Positions 23,901 through 35,988 of a stretch of 64,000 bases of DNA are shown in pieces. Position 1 is the stretch's first letter; each line of letters begins with the position of its first letter. The position numbers were made by a program, and so were the translations under genes. Below the pieces are notes generated by a model. That model had not been told where the DNA came from, did no database searches, and saw only the letters and a program-made list of their open reading frames with translations. The stretch comes from Macrostomum lignano (taxonomy: Eukaryota): positions 1-64,000 of the forward strand of contig NIVC01003890.1 in NCBI GenBank assembly GCA_002269645.1. The letters run 5' to 3'.

Positions 23901-26900
23901 CCGGCGTCAATGGGGTGGGTGCCCCAGTCCCCCAGCCCTGCATCAATGGGGTGGGTGCCCCAGTCCCCCAGCCCGGCGTCAATGGGGTGGGTGCCCCAGT
24001 CCCCCAGCCCTGCATCAATGGGGTGGGTGCCCCAGTCCCCCAGCCTAGCGTCAATGGGGTGGGTGCCCCAGTCCCCCAGCCCGGCGTCAATGGGGTGGGT
24101 GCCCCAGTCCCCCAGCCTGGCGTCAATGGGGTGGGTGCCCCAGTCCCCCAGCCTGGCGTCAATGGGGTGGGTGCCTCAGTCCCCCAACCCGGCGGCGCCA
24201 ATGGGGTGGGTGCCTCAGTCCCCCAGCCCGGCGTCAATGGGGTGGGTGATCTAGTCCCCCAGCCCGGCGTCAATGGGGTGGGTGATCTAGTCCCCCAGCC
24301 CGGCGTCAATGGGGTGGGTGCCCCAGTCCCCAGCCCGGCGTCAATGGGGTGGGTGCCCCAGTCCCCCAGCCCGGCGTCAATGGGGTGGGTGCCCCAGTCC
24401 GGTGTCCCTGGGGTGGGTGCCCCAGTCCCCCAGCCCGGCGTTAATGGGGTGGGTGCCCCAGTCCCCAGCCCGGCGTCAATGGGGTGGGTGCCCCAGTCCC
24501 CAGCCCGGCGTCAATGGGGTGGGTGATCTAGTCCCCCAGCCCGGCGTCAATGGGGTGGGTGCCCCAGTCCCCAGCCCGGCGTCAATGGGGTGGGTGCCCC
24601 AGTCCCCCAGCCCGGCGTCAATGGGGTGGGTGCCCCAGTCCGGTGTCCCTGGGGTGGGTGTCCCAGTACCCCGATTCCTGAGTCACAAGCAGTTTTTCCA
24701 CCTATTAATTCGCCTTATTCTTCTCTGCAGAAATTCATCCCGGAACTCATTAGCGATGTGCAAAGCGTACGCGAGCGACTGGGCCAAGAGCTGGCCCAGA
24801 TGGGCAAAGGTCCGCCCGAGGACGACCGCTCGAAGGTGGCCCTGATTGCCAGAATGTTTAACGACTTTACCAAACTATTCGAGAAAGAGGCCTCAGGTAT
24901 GAGGTTCTAAAATGTGTCCAAATCCTACTAAGAAACTCTAGGGCACTAGGGCACAGTTAGTCAAGGCGGCGATGCGACCCCCCTCCCGACTAACTTATCC
25001 GCAGGCAAGTCGCACAACTTCCAAGAGGACTCCGGCAAGAAGAACCTCCACCAGCGCTGCCGACAGCACTGGTGCAATCTGGCCGAGCAGATTGAGAAAA
25101 CTGTGCGCCAGATCGGCGACGACGACGCCAAAATTCGCAAAGCCGTGCGCGACTTTTTGGACGATCAGCGCGGTCGCGAACTGCCTAACTTTCAGTCGGC
25201 TTACCCGGTCATCGAGTGCATCATCCGCCAGCGACTGGTGGCGCCGCTGCGTCAGCTGGCGTTGCACTGCCTCCGGGATGTGAGCGTCGAGGTTGACGAC
25301 ACGCTGAGGGATCTGGCTGACTCGGTTTTCACCTCCTATCCGAGGCTCAATCAGTATGTTAAGGTAAGTGTCTCCTGTGAGACATCAGTGACATTACAGC
25401 CGATGCTTAATTAAGAATGAATGACTCATGGGCTGTGTACACTGGTGCATGCTTTGGTTATTTAGACGAACGACTCATTGGCTGTGTACACTGGTGCATG
25501 CTTTGGTTATTTAGACGAACGACTCATTGGCTGTGTACACTGGTGCATGCTTCGGTTATTTGGACGAATGACTCATTGGCTGTGTACACTGGTGCATGCT
25601 TCGGTTATTTGGACGAATGACTCATTGGCTGTGTACACTGGTGCATGCTTCGGTTATTTGGATGAATGACTCATTGGCTGTGTACACTGGTGCATGCTTC
25701 GGTTATTTGGACGAATGACTCATTGGCTGTGTACACTGGTGCATGCTTCGGTTATTTGGACGAATGACTCATTGGCTGTGTATACTGGTGCATGCTTCGG
25801 TTATTTGGACGAATGACTCATTGGCTGTGTACACTGGTACATGCTTTGGTTATTTGGACGAATGACTCATTGGCTGTGTACACTGGTGCATGCTTTGGTT
25901 ATTTGGACGAATGACTCATTGGCTGTGTACACTGGTACATGCTTCGGTTATTTGGTCGAATGACTGGTCTACAGCGGTGGTAGCCAAACAATTTCTGACA
26001 AAACAGCTGCAATCGTGAGTCATCTCCAAACAAAACCGCAGGAGTCTGTGCAGGGCATCAAAGAGCGCATGTACTCTCGGGCCAAGGACGATCTAGATCG
26101 TCAGTTCGACCAGGAGAGCTACGTGTGGACCAACGATTTGACATTCGACGATGAATCCAACATACGCGAGGCTACCCGCTCTCTGGTGATGAACGTTATG
26201 GTGCTGCCGAATCGGAATATGTACTCTTTCACTGAGCAGTTCAACCGCCAATCCGTGGAGTGGATCGCTGACCATTGTTGTCGTGAGTGTGAAATGATTA
26301 TTTCATTTGTTTAAATTAAATTAAATTAAATTAATATCACGCAACTAGCTACTAAAGGAGAAATAGAAGAATATTACGCAACAAATTGAACACAGAGTCC
26401 ATGCACTTTTCATCTAGGTCCTGAGGACGAGTCTAACACGGAGTTCGCTGCCTGGTTTCAAGGCATTTTTCAGCGTAAGGGCACTTTTTCTATTTGTATC
26501 CCAAATACTACGCGTACACCTCTATAAAATCCTGTCATAAGCAGCACGTGTACTTTAAAATACACAGAGTACTTCAGCCAGAGCTCCGCGTCACAAGACG
26601 AGAAGGCATCCGGCCCGAAATCACCTCGCGGCGCCGATCACGAGCCTGATGAAGCCATCGAAAGGTGTCTAAACTCGTTGCACGCCTACATGAAGGTGAG
26701 TTAGAATAGTTTTGCATTGCAGTTCTTAAAATATGCTAAGAGAAAGCATTTCGAAGACTTTTGTTTTGTTTCTTTAAATAGAACTCTGTTCTGACGTCAG
26801 TCAATTTGTTTCTATAAATAGATTGAACTGTTGTGACGTCATTCTAAATGTTTCTAAAAATAGATCAAAGCTTTTTGATATGCTACGCTCGTATATTGTT

Positions 26901-27218
26901 ATTTAATCCGTATGATAGCGACTCTCTCGAAAAATAGCAAAATAAAATCGATTGAAAGAAATTACTTGCATCTTCACCGCCGAGCAGATCGCCTTCACCC
27001 GCATGATTGACAACGCGCCGCTCTGCATGATGCACTTCATGCTTTACAAGCTGGCCGACGAACTCTGCAACGAGGTCAGCATCTTTCAGCAGGAGTCTGA
27101 GAAGCTGGACCAGCTGCTAGAGGAGAAGGAAGGCATCCGGATTCACCGGATCGAGACTAAAAACCGGATGAAAGCTCTGGCCGAGGCTGAGAACGATCTC
27201 TGCCGCATCTCGCTTTAG
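20937..27218 (+). CDS. Mx: Mx-like dynamin-superfamily GTPase, 11 coding exons (20937-20992, 21439-21624, 21819-22299, 23132-23270, 23499-23773, 24731-24897, 25005-25363, 26042-26282, ~26417-26474, ~26568-26696, 26988-27218)
   Basis: YNEQIKPCYDQIAKLRALG; G1 GDQSTGKSS; FPRGNGVVTLCPL; G3 DLPG; G4 LTFPD; RGRELPNF; stalk/GED SLHAYMKIAFTRMIDNAPL; no PH domain; splice phases consistent. Confidence 0.85.
21115..21340. repeat. ~34-bp minisatellite in Mx intron 1 with palindromic GTGGAA-NN-TTCCAC
   Basis: About 6-7 units of GTGGAAAGTTCCACAAGAAACAGGGTCACCAATC. Confidence 0.9.
22455..22890. repeat. ~19-bp minisatellite in Mx intron 3 carrying TTCCTAGAA
   Basis: Unit TTTCCTAGAAAGCGTGGCC; about 17 TTCNNNGAA by hand count. 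Confidence 0.92.
23865..24670. repeat. 36-bp GC-rich minisatellite in Mx intron 5
   Basis: Unit GTCCCCCAGCCCGGCGTCAATGGGGTGGGTGCCCCA. Confidence 0.95.
25415..25960. repeat. 49-bp minisatellite in Mx intron 7 carrying ATGACTCAT
   Basis: Unit GAATGACTCATTGGCTGTGTACACTGGTGCATGCTTCGGTTATTTGGAC, ~11 copies. Confidence 0.95.
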
Positions 27219-27999
27219 ATTGGACAAGCTCGCGCGACGAATGTTTCGATACATATCGGTTCTATATCTTTAATCCATTTTTAAAAACCTTGTGGTACAC
27301 CAAGAATTTCGCTATTATCGAATTCTGATTAAACTTCTTTTATCGTCGTGTACTAATTAATATATATTCGCCTTTGATGCTGTTTTGACTCATATTAACA
27401 ATTTTATTTCGTCATGACCCGGGCATTGCTATCATAGTCTAATGTTAGATTTTGTTCTGTGTTATAACATCTTTAAATTTTCAATAATTGTGATACAAAA
27501 TTGTCAAACGAAACTTTTAGAAAACTTGCTTAAAAATTGTTTTTAATAAATAAAAGTGCTCATAAATCTATTAAAATCTATGATTATTAATGCTGTTAAT
27601 TTCTTATATACTTGTTCAATATTTTAGTTCTAAACTTACGTCAGTCTACTTTTTGTAGGTCTGCTGCGCGCATGTTTCGTTCGAGTTTACACAGTCAATA
27701 TCAGTCATTAGTGAACTTTATAATACTACTAAATTTATACAGTTGAGGTACATGAGGACTTTACCTACATGTTTATCCCACGGCTATCAAATAATTCAAA
27801 CTGTTTATTTGCGTGCTTTTGATAATAGGTGCCTGACAGGGCCCATTGATAAGGGGCAAAGGAGTGTAGGCCAAGGGAAAGGTTAGCTAGTGACCAAGTG
27901 AGGGATGAGAGTTAAAGATAAAAGAGAATTAAAAAAAACAGCCTAACAGACAGACAGGCAGGCACGAAGCCACTGAGACACCGAGAAACTAATTCACTA

Positions 28000-28955
28000 A
28001 GATACTAATGCACTAATAAGATACTGATGCACTAAGATACTAATACACTAAGATACTAAGGCACTAAGATACCAATGCACTAATAAGATACTAATGCAGC
28101 GGAATGGGCGCCCGCGCCTTCCCGCTGTGTCCCCTCCGGGACAGCCCTGCAGCTAAGATACTAATGCACTTGACACTAAGACACTAATGCACTAGACACT
28201 AAGGCACTAATGCACTAATGCACTAGACACTAAGGCACTAATGCACTAGACACTAAGGCACTAATGCACTAGACACTAAGACACTAATGCACTAGAAACT
28301 AAGGCACTAATGCACTAGACACTAAGACACTAATGCACTAGAAACTAAGGCACTAATGCACTAGACACTAAGACACTAATTCACTAGAAACTAAGGCACT
28401 AATACACTAGACACTAAGGCACTAATGCACTAGAAACTAAGGCACTAATACACTAGACACTAAGGCACTAATGCACTAGAAACTAAGGCACTAATACACT
28501 AGACACTAAGGCACTAATGCACTAGAAACTAAGGCACTAATGCACTAGACACTAAGGCACTAATGCACTAGACACTAAGGCACTAATGCACTAGACACTA
28601 CGGCACTAATGCACTAGAAACTAAGGCACTAATGCACAAGACACTAAGGCACTAATGCACTAGACACTAAGGCACTAATGCACTAGAAACTAAGGCACTA
28701 ATACACTAGACACTAAGGCACTAATGCACTAGACACTAAGGCACTAATGCACAAGACACTAAGGCACTAATGCACTAGACACTAAGGCACTAATGCACTA
28801 GAAACTAAGGCACTAATACACTAGACACTAAGGCACTAATGCACTAGACACTAAGGCACTAATGCACTAGACACTAAGGCACTAATGCACTAGAAACTAA
28901 GGCACTAATGCACTAGAAACTAAGGCACTAATACACTAGACACTAAGGCACTAAA
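28000..28955. repeat. 23-bp minisatellite
   Basis: Unit CACTAATGCACTAGACACTAAGG. Confidence 0.95.
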
Positions 28956-29439
28956 ACCGACAGTCATCAGTAACGCAAGGAATTGATACAATAAAGATAA
29001 AGACAAAATATAATCGATTGCGCACATACAAGACTTTTCATTTTTAGTATAATTGAAGAGATTTAGTATATTTAGATTGAAAGATAAAATTGACTTGTTT
29101 AACTTTTACTTCGCTCGTATGCACGATTCTAAGAATCAAACTAATTTTGTATGATGCGGGAAATTTTCGTCTCGTTAAAGTTTGCAACCTTTGCAAAATG
29201 GCTTAGTGCGTCTTCATACTAGGTCTCAGACATGCATAAGTCGATATATTCTGTGAATAAATTTGTATGACATTAATACCAGTTACCATTTTTATAAAAT
29301 ATTTATTGCAACAGAGGGCAGTTACAGGAAACATTTTGAGAGTTTTTAATCACCTTTGAGTCTAATCAGGATCAAGTTTGAGTCTAGATAAATAACAATA
29401 AGACAGAGTTTTGAGGCCGGGTTTCGGGTCCAGATTGAG

Positions 29440-29830
29440 ACAGGGTTTGAGTCTAGATTGAGACAGAGTTTGAGTCTAGATTGAGACTAGTTTTGAGTCT
29501 AGATTGAGACTAGTTTTGAGTCTAGATTGAGACTAGTTTTGAGTCTAGATTGAGACTAGATTGAGACTAGTTTTGAGTCTAGATTGAGACTAGTTTTGAG
29601 TCTAGATTGAGACTAGTTTTGAGTCTAGATTGAGACTAGTTTTGAGTCTAGATTGAGACTAGATTGAGACTAGTTTTGAGTCTAGATTGAGACACGGTTT
29701 GAGTCTAGATTGAGACCAGTTTTGAGTCTAGATTGAGACACGGTTTGAATCTAGATTGAGACCGGGTTTGAGTCTAGATTGAGACACGGTTTGAGTCTAG
29801 ATTGAGACCGGGTTTGAGTCTAGACAGAGA
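29440..29830. repeat. 23-bp minisatellite
   Basis: Unit TTTTGAGTCTAGATTGAGACTAG. Confidence 0.93.
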
Positions 29831-29935
29831 CAGTATTTGGGGACACTTAGGTGTTGGTTTGAAGTTAATTAACATCATGTTTGAGTCCGATTGACATGAA
29901 GAAGCATGAGTAGCAACAAAAACATTTTTTAATCA

Positions 29936-30568
29936 TCAGGACGACTTTGAGTAGAGATCGAAGCTGCTCTTCATCGCTTTCCCAGCCGGCTCGTCCTCCA
30001 CAGTGCCGATGTCCAGACTCTTGATGAACCTGGCCACGTGCACCACAGTGGGGTGGCTCAGCAGGTAGATGAACACAGACATAGTTGTCAGGATGCCGAG
30101 AGCATTGAACAGGATTGCCAAGCTTCCGTACAGAGCCGCTCGTTTATGCGACTGCTCGTCTTTCTTGTTCGCCAGCAGATTGTGCGCCCGCACTGACAAG
30201 GCTACGGCAATGGCGCCGAATATGAAATTGAAAAATATTGTCACAATCACCGACACAACAAAATTGGTGACTCGATTCTTGTTGTTTGTCTCGAACTCCA
30301 TGGGCAGCAGGCGAGGGACCCCGAGCTGTTTGGTTAGGGGAGCCTCCGGGACCGCCTCGACCGCATCAAGTTCCATCGGAGTCTGCCTTTGCTGCGGCTG
30401 CTGTTGCTGCAGAAGAGGCAAACGACTGCTTGACTCTGCTTCAGTGGATTGAAGCAGCGGATGGTTCATTAGACGAACCGACAGGAGACTGCTTGCCGCT
30501 GTCACGTCTGCGGCAGCGCCAACGCCTGCAGGATCTGCGTACAAATTGTTGTCAGGCAGTTCCTGCAT
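29936..30568 (-). CDS. CD225/dispanin (IFITM/PRRT-like) membrane protein, 210 aa, single coding exon
   Basis: Two hydrophobic segments FVVSVIVTIFFNFIFGAIAVALSVRA...AALYGSLAILFNALGILTT with CD225-like spacing; acceptor CTGCAG just before the ATG. Confidence 0.65.
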   Translation of the reverse strand: MQELPDNNLYADPAGVGAAADVTAASSLLSVRLMNHPLLQSTEAESSSRLPLLQQQQPQQRQTPMELDAVEAVPEAPLTKQLGVPRLLPMEFETNNKNRVTNFVVSVIVTIFFNFIFGAIAVALSVRAHNLLANKKDEQSHKRAALYGSLAILFNALGILTTMSVFIYLLSHPTVVHVARFIKSLDIGTVEDEPAGKAMKSSFDLYSKSS

Positions 30569-30931
30569 CCTGCAGCGGAGAGGCTGGAGATTGCAAGAGT
30601 AAACAGGTGGAGGGAGACAGGGAGATGAAGCTTAATATTCTATGAAATGCATATTTTCAGCAATTATTGCATCCCTCTTCCCTGACTGTACAGTGTTGAG
30701 TTGTATGCATTTGTTGCTAATAGAACTTGGGTTGGTGGCTGTTCATTAAGCGTGGCCAATAAAATCCGGAAGCAGAGAGCGGCTCTTTCCCAAATTCCAG
30801 CTCTTCATCTAGCGCACAAAATATCTGCAAATTTTGGCCTCTTCTTTTGCTAAATTATTTTGTATTTCCATAAATACTTCCCAGCGATTAGATACTGAAT
30901 CATATTCACCATCTCAAACTTGACATATCAT

Positions 30932-31535
30932 CAGGGCGTCGCTACCGGTGGAACAGGGGGGACATGCCAATGCTTTGTCCCCCCACCCCACCTTGTGACC
31001 CGTTATGGAAATCAATAATTTTGCTTCAGGGCGACAAAACATAGTGCCTGCGGCACCAAAATGAGTGCCTGCGGCACCAAAATGAGTGCCTGCGGCACCA
31101 AAATGAGTGCCTGCGGCACCAAAATGAGTGCCTGCGGCACCAAAATGAGTGCCTGCGGCGCCAAAATGAGTGCCTGCGGCACCAAAATGAGTGCCTGCGG
31201 CACCAAAATGAGTGCCTGCGGCACCAAAATGAGTGCCTGTGGCGCCAAAATGAGTGCCTGTGGCGCCAAAATGAGTGCCTGCGGCGCCAAAATGAGTGCC
31301 TGCGGCGCCAAAATGAGTGCCTGCGGCGCTAAAATGAGTGCCTGTGGCGCCAAAATGAGTGCCTGTGGCGCCAAAATGAGTGCCTGCGGCGCCAAAATGA
31401 GTGCCTGCGGCGCCAAAATGAGCGCTGACAACACCGATTTTGAAAATATTGTACATGTAGGAATTAAGTCATGTACATGTACATGTAGAATTATTGGCTT
31501 TGCACTCCACCGTAAAATTCATGGCGACGCCCCTG
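30932..31535. mobile_element. Putative hAT-type MITE with an internal 21-bp minisatellite
   Basis: Imperfect TIRs CAGGGCGTCGCTA / TGGCGACGCCCCTG; 8-bp flanks CATATCAT / GATATCAT (7/8 match); internal GAGTGCCTGCGGCACCAAAAT repeats at 31040-31425. Confidence 0.65.
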
Positions 31536-32299
31536 GATATCATCATCATCACCTAGGTAAGACTAAGGACCATTGGGTATATCTGAATATTAAAATTTTA
31601 TTTTGGAAAATTTAATTTTGAGAGAGCAATTTTGTTTAAAAAATGCATTAGCAAGATTGCGATTTTTCCCGATTAATTCCAGCTAACTCAACAAGGGCGG
31701 GCGAGGCTTGCCAACGTCTGAAGTGATTATTGTGAGTATAAATTCAGCATGAATTTGATTGCGAGTTGGTTGGCTTAAAAATATGCAAAAACATTAAATT
31801 GCGCTCGAGTGTCGTCCACTCTGACTTCACAAAAAACTGAATAGAAGGATGATACCACTTGGGCACGGCCATAGACTACAGAAAGGTAATTTATTTGCTG
31901 CATTAGTCTATGGTAGAAAGCGTGAAAGCGGAGGGACTACAATTGAACTCAAACTTTAAACTCAACCCCACTAGACTGACTGTACTGTAATCCCTCTTGA
32001 TGTCTTTACGCTTTCGAGTTGGTCTTCGAATATGGTGCTAACGAGAGACCTGACATCAGAACCTTGATTCTTTCATCATCAGATTGACTGTCACTGATCT
32101 ATGTCTTAACTTCAATATGCTCTGTCTCTGTCTGTGCCATCAATTTATTTTTTTTATTAGAGACTGTGGGTTGTGTGCACCCTGGCGCACTTTAAGCGAC
32201 ATAGGCACACAACCGGCGAGAGGCATTACTGCCCATTCCGCCGACTCCCCTGAGCAGGCAAACAAGCGCGCGGATACGTACGCAGGCACACACTCACAC

Positions 32300-32509
32300 A
32301 GGAGTGTACAGCGGCCCTAACTTATATTATCGTTAGGCATGTACACTTCACTGCGCCTTGGGGGTTTGGCTCTCAAGGCCGTTAATTGCACGAGCAGAGC
32401 CAAGCCGAGATTCCAATTCAGCCTCAAAATTAATGTGACTGCACTTGGAATCGAGCCTGGGTCGCTGGCACACCAGAGCCTGCGCTAGACCGCTGGGCTA
32501 CGGCCCCCC
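32300..32509 (-). mobile_element. tRNA-derived SINE (3' end uncertain)
   Basis: Minus strand GGGGGCCGTAGCCCAGCGGTCTAGCG...GGCTCGATTCC: A and B boxes, no convincing acceptor stem. Confidence 0.55.
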
Positions 32510-33134
32510 TTTCTGTGCCATGAAACCATAGACTGTGTTTCGACCATAGACTTGTAATATTCTGTCATTTTTACTATGAGTGACGTATCCAGAAGTACTG
32601 GTAAACTACTCGTCACTTCTTCTACCACCAAAACCAGCGAGTTATCTCTACTTAACAATATTGTCAATTAAGTACAAAAACCGAAGAAAAGTTCATTTAA
32701 TGCATTTTGCAGAAGCAGATCGCGTTCTTCTGCTTATGTAGCCTCATTTCCAGATTTCTCACTCCAGATGTCCATGGTTCTGCAAACCAAATTTCCCAGA
32801 AGAAAAATATTTTATGCTCCTTCCGGGAATTCGCTGCTGAACTCAATAAACAACTGTATCTTCTGATTGCTATATTATATTCTCTCATATATCGTCATGA
32901 ATCTTCTTGAAACCCTAAACACTATTCTATATATATATAGTTCTGCTTCTTCTCCTAGTGGAAGACACATTTTCTGCTCTGCTGGTTCTCACGATCGTCA
33001 ATGAAGGAATTATTGCCTATCATAAATCATAAATACGTACCACAGGGTACAGCTAGCATTCCATTATTTTGATTGGGATATTTTCTGTTAATTATAGTTA
33101 TTACTTAGCAAGCTTTAATACATACTACGGAGAT

Positions 33135-33575
33135 AGGGTAAATAGATCTGACAAATATAGGCCTATAGATCTGACAAATATAGGCCTATAGATCTGACAA
33201 TCTAGGTCTATAGATCTGACTAATATAGGCCTATAGATCTCACCTACATAGGTATATATATCTGACTAATATGGGTCAATAGATCTGACTAATATACTTC
33301 TATAGATCTGACTGATCTAAGTCTATAGATCTGACTATTATAGGTCTATATATCTGACTAATATAGGTCTATAGACCCGGCTAATATAGATCTATAGATC
33401 TGACTAATATAGGTCTATAGATCTGACTAATATAGGTCTATAGATCTGACTAATATGTCTATAGATCTAACTAGCATCTATAGATCTAACTATAGATCTG
33501 ACTAATATACATGTAGGTCGATAGGTCTGACTAATCTAGGTCTGTAGATCTGACTAATATAGACCTATAGATCTG
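33135..33575. repeat. 23-bp minisatellite
   Basis: Unit TATAGATCTGACTAATATAGGTC. Confidence 0.9.
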
Positions 33576-33819
33576 ATTATTTTTTTCAAAAGAACTTTTT
33601 AATAAGATTTAACAAGCATTCTATAGGTATTTCCTATAGAACGATCTGATTTGTTCGAATGCAGAAAGTCCCAGTCCATTATCGCCTTAGACTATACAAG
33701 GCTGTTTCATAAAATGCCCAACTTCAACGGACATTCAATACCTTGGAGCTGCTAGTGCACTAATGCACAGACACTTGACCCCGATGGCTTGTGAAAAAAC
33801 TGCAGGTAAATGGCGTCTG

Positions 33820-34590
<771 letters not shown>

Positions 34591-35482
34591 CGCTCACCGC
34601 TTGTACTTCAAAGTGCAGGTTCTTCAAAGTGTGCCCTTTATCTGATCTAAGCACTCTTGTGAAAGTTAGTGCAGATTTCCTTTATTTCTATCCTTTCCTT
34701 TGTCTAGTCTGCATCAGCCGCTGGCTCAGGCAGAAGGATGTGGGGTATTAATGGCAGGGATTTTAATGTGGACTGACGCTGATTGGACGCCTTGACTTGA
34801 GAATTTCTGGGATTCGCAGGTTTCATCCCAAAGAAAATACATATTTCCCCGCGAAGGATGTTAGGGAAAGAACTAGCCTATAGTAAATTCCAATTTATAC
34901 AATTTGGTGAAATTAATCCAGATCACTCTATCTGAATTCGACAAAAGCTGAAAGCGGCCATTGTGGTGAGTACATACAGGTACAGTGCATGCATTTCCAC
35001 TGCACAAGCTGATTTTGGCAAGGTTAATAATTAATTTAGTTTGAGAGCCTCACTGCTAGTTCATACTCGCCTCTCACCTCTCCCCGAGGCTTCCGTTTGT
35101 GCTGCGGATTCATACAGCAATTAGCACCAATTTTCGCCGAACTGCAGGTAATAAAAATTAACAAGGTGAAACGCGTGTAACGGCTGACTTGGGTAATTTA
35201 ATTAGGACAGAGTATTGTGCTAAAAAATCTTATTTGCAATGTAAACTGGTTTTTACACCTCTAGGGCGATTTAATCTTTTTCCATGTATTCTATTTTTTG
35301 TTTTAATGTTACAAAAAAATAACCAATTGAAAGCTATAGAAATTTGTTAAGAAAGTTAAATTAATTTGTTGTAAAAATAGAGACATGAATAATAAGCAGT
35401 GTAAACTTAAAAACGCAAATCTAAAAATAGCTTTTTATAATATTTTGTCGGGCTTGATTACTTAAAGTACATATAAGATATA

Positions 35483-35745
35483 AATGTACATTGGTTAGCA
35501 TTAACTGGGCAGAGATCGTCTCTGCTAAATTTATATCAAACCCGAATGTACATTGGTTAGCATTAACTGGGCAGAGATCGTCTCTGCTAAATTTATATCA
35601 AACCCGAATGTACATTGGTTAGCATTAACTGGGCAGAGATCGTCTCTGCTAAATTTATATCAAACCCGAATGTACATTGGTTAGCATTAACTGGGCAGAG
35701 ATCGTCTCTGCTAAATTTATATCAAACCCGAATGTACATTATTAG
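35483..35745. repeat. 62-bp tandem repeat (~4 copies), each with a GCAGAGA-TCG-TCTCTGC hairpin
   Basis: Direct reading. Confidence 0.9.
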
Positions 35746-35988
35746 CAGATCTGGGGAGTCAAAAACAAAAAAGTCAGCGTTTTTTGCAGATACAGTTGGC
35801 AAGGCCCTGTCTATGCGCATGCAAGTTTAATTGTTCGTCACGTGATGTTTACTTAAGTCACGAGCATAGTTTGCGATGTACAAGTACACGTACGTGTGTT
35901 CTATCTATTTTTAGCATCCAAGTAACGAGATAACGTGTACATTTATGTAACATGACACTCATCGATAAAGCGTTTCCAATCCATGCGT

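Noticed and set aside
23821-24845. Long repetitive ORFs (GVNGVGAPVPQP etc.), and likewise those at 19115, 30914-31615, 34115, 36549-37012, 37460, 50485-50885, 55428, 56253-57412, 59046-59602 and 59925
   Set aside because: They are translations of stop-free minisatellites lying in introns or intergenic DNA, bounded by canonical splice sites of the real genes.
27200-27218. C-terminal prenylation motif on Mx (…LCRISL)
   Set aside because: The Cys is fifth from the end, so it is not CaaX.
31869-31913. CCATAGACTA…TAGTCTATGG inverted repeat
   Set aside because: Only 10-bp arms; probably a MITE remnant, with no TSD or function supportable.
35483-35745. Hairpin-containing 62-bp repeats as a CRISPR-like or ribozyme array
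   Set aside because: Units are identical with no spacers, and no hammerhead or HDV core is visible.
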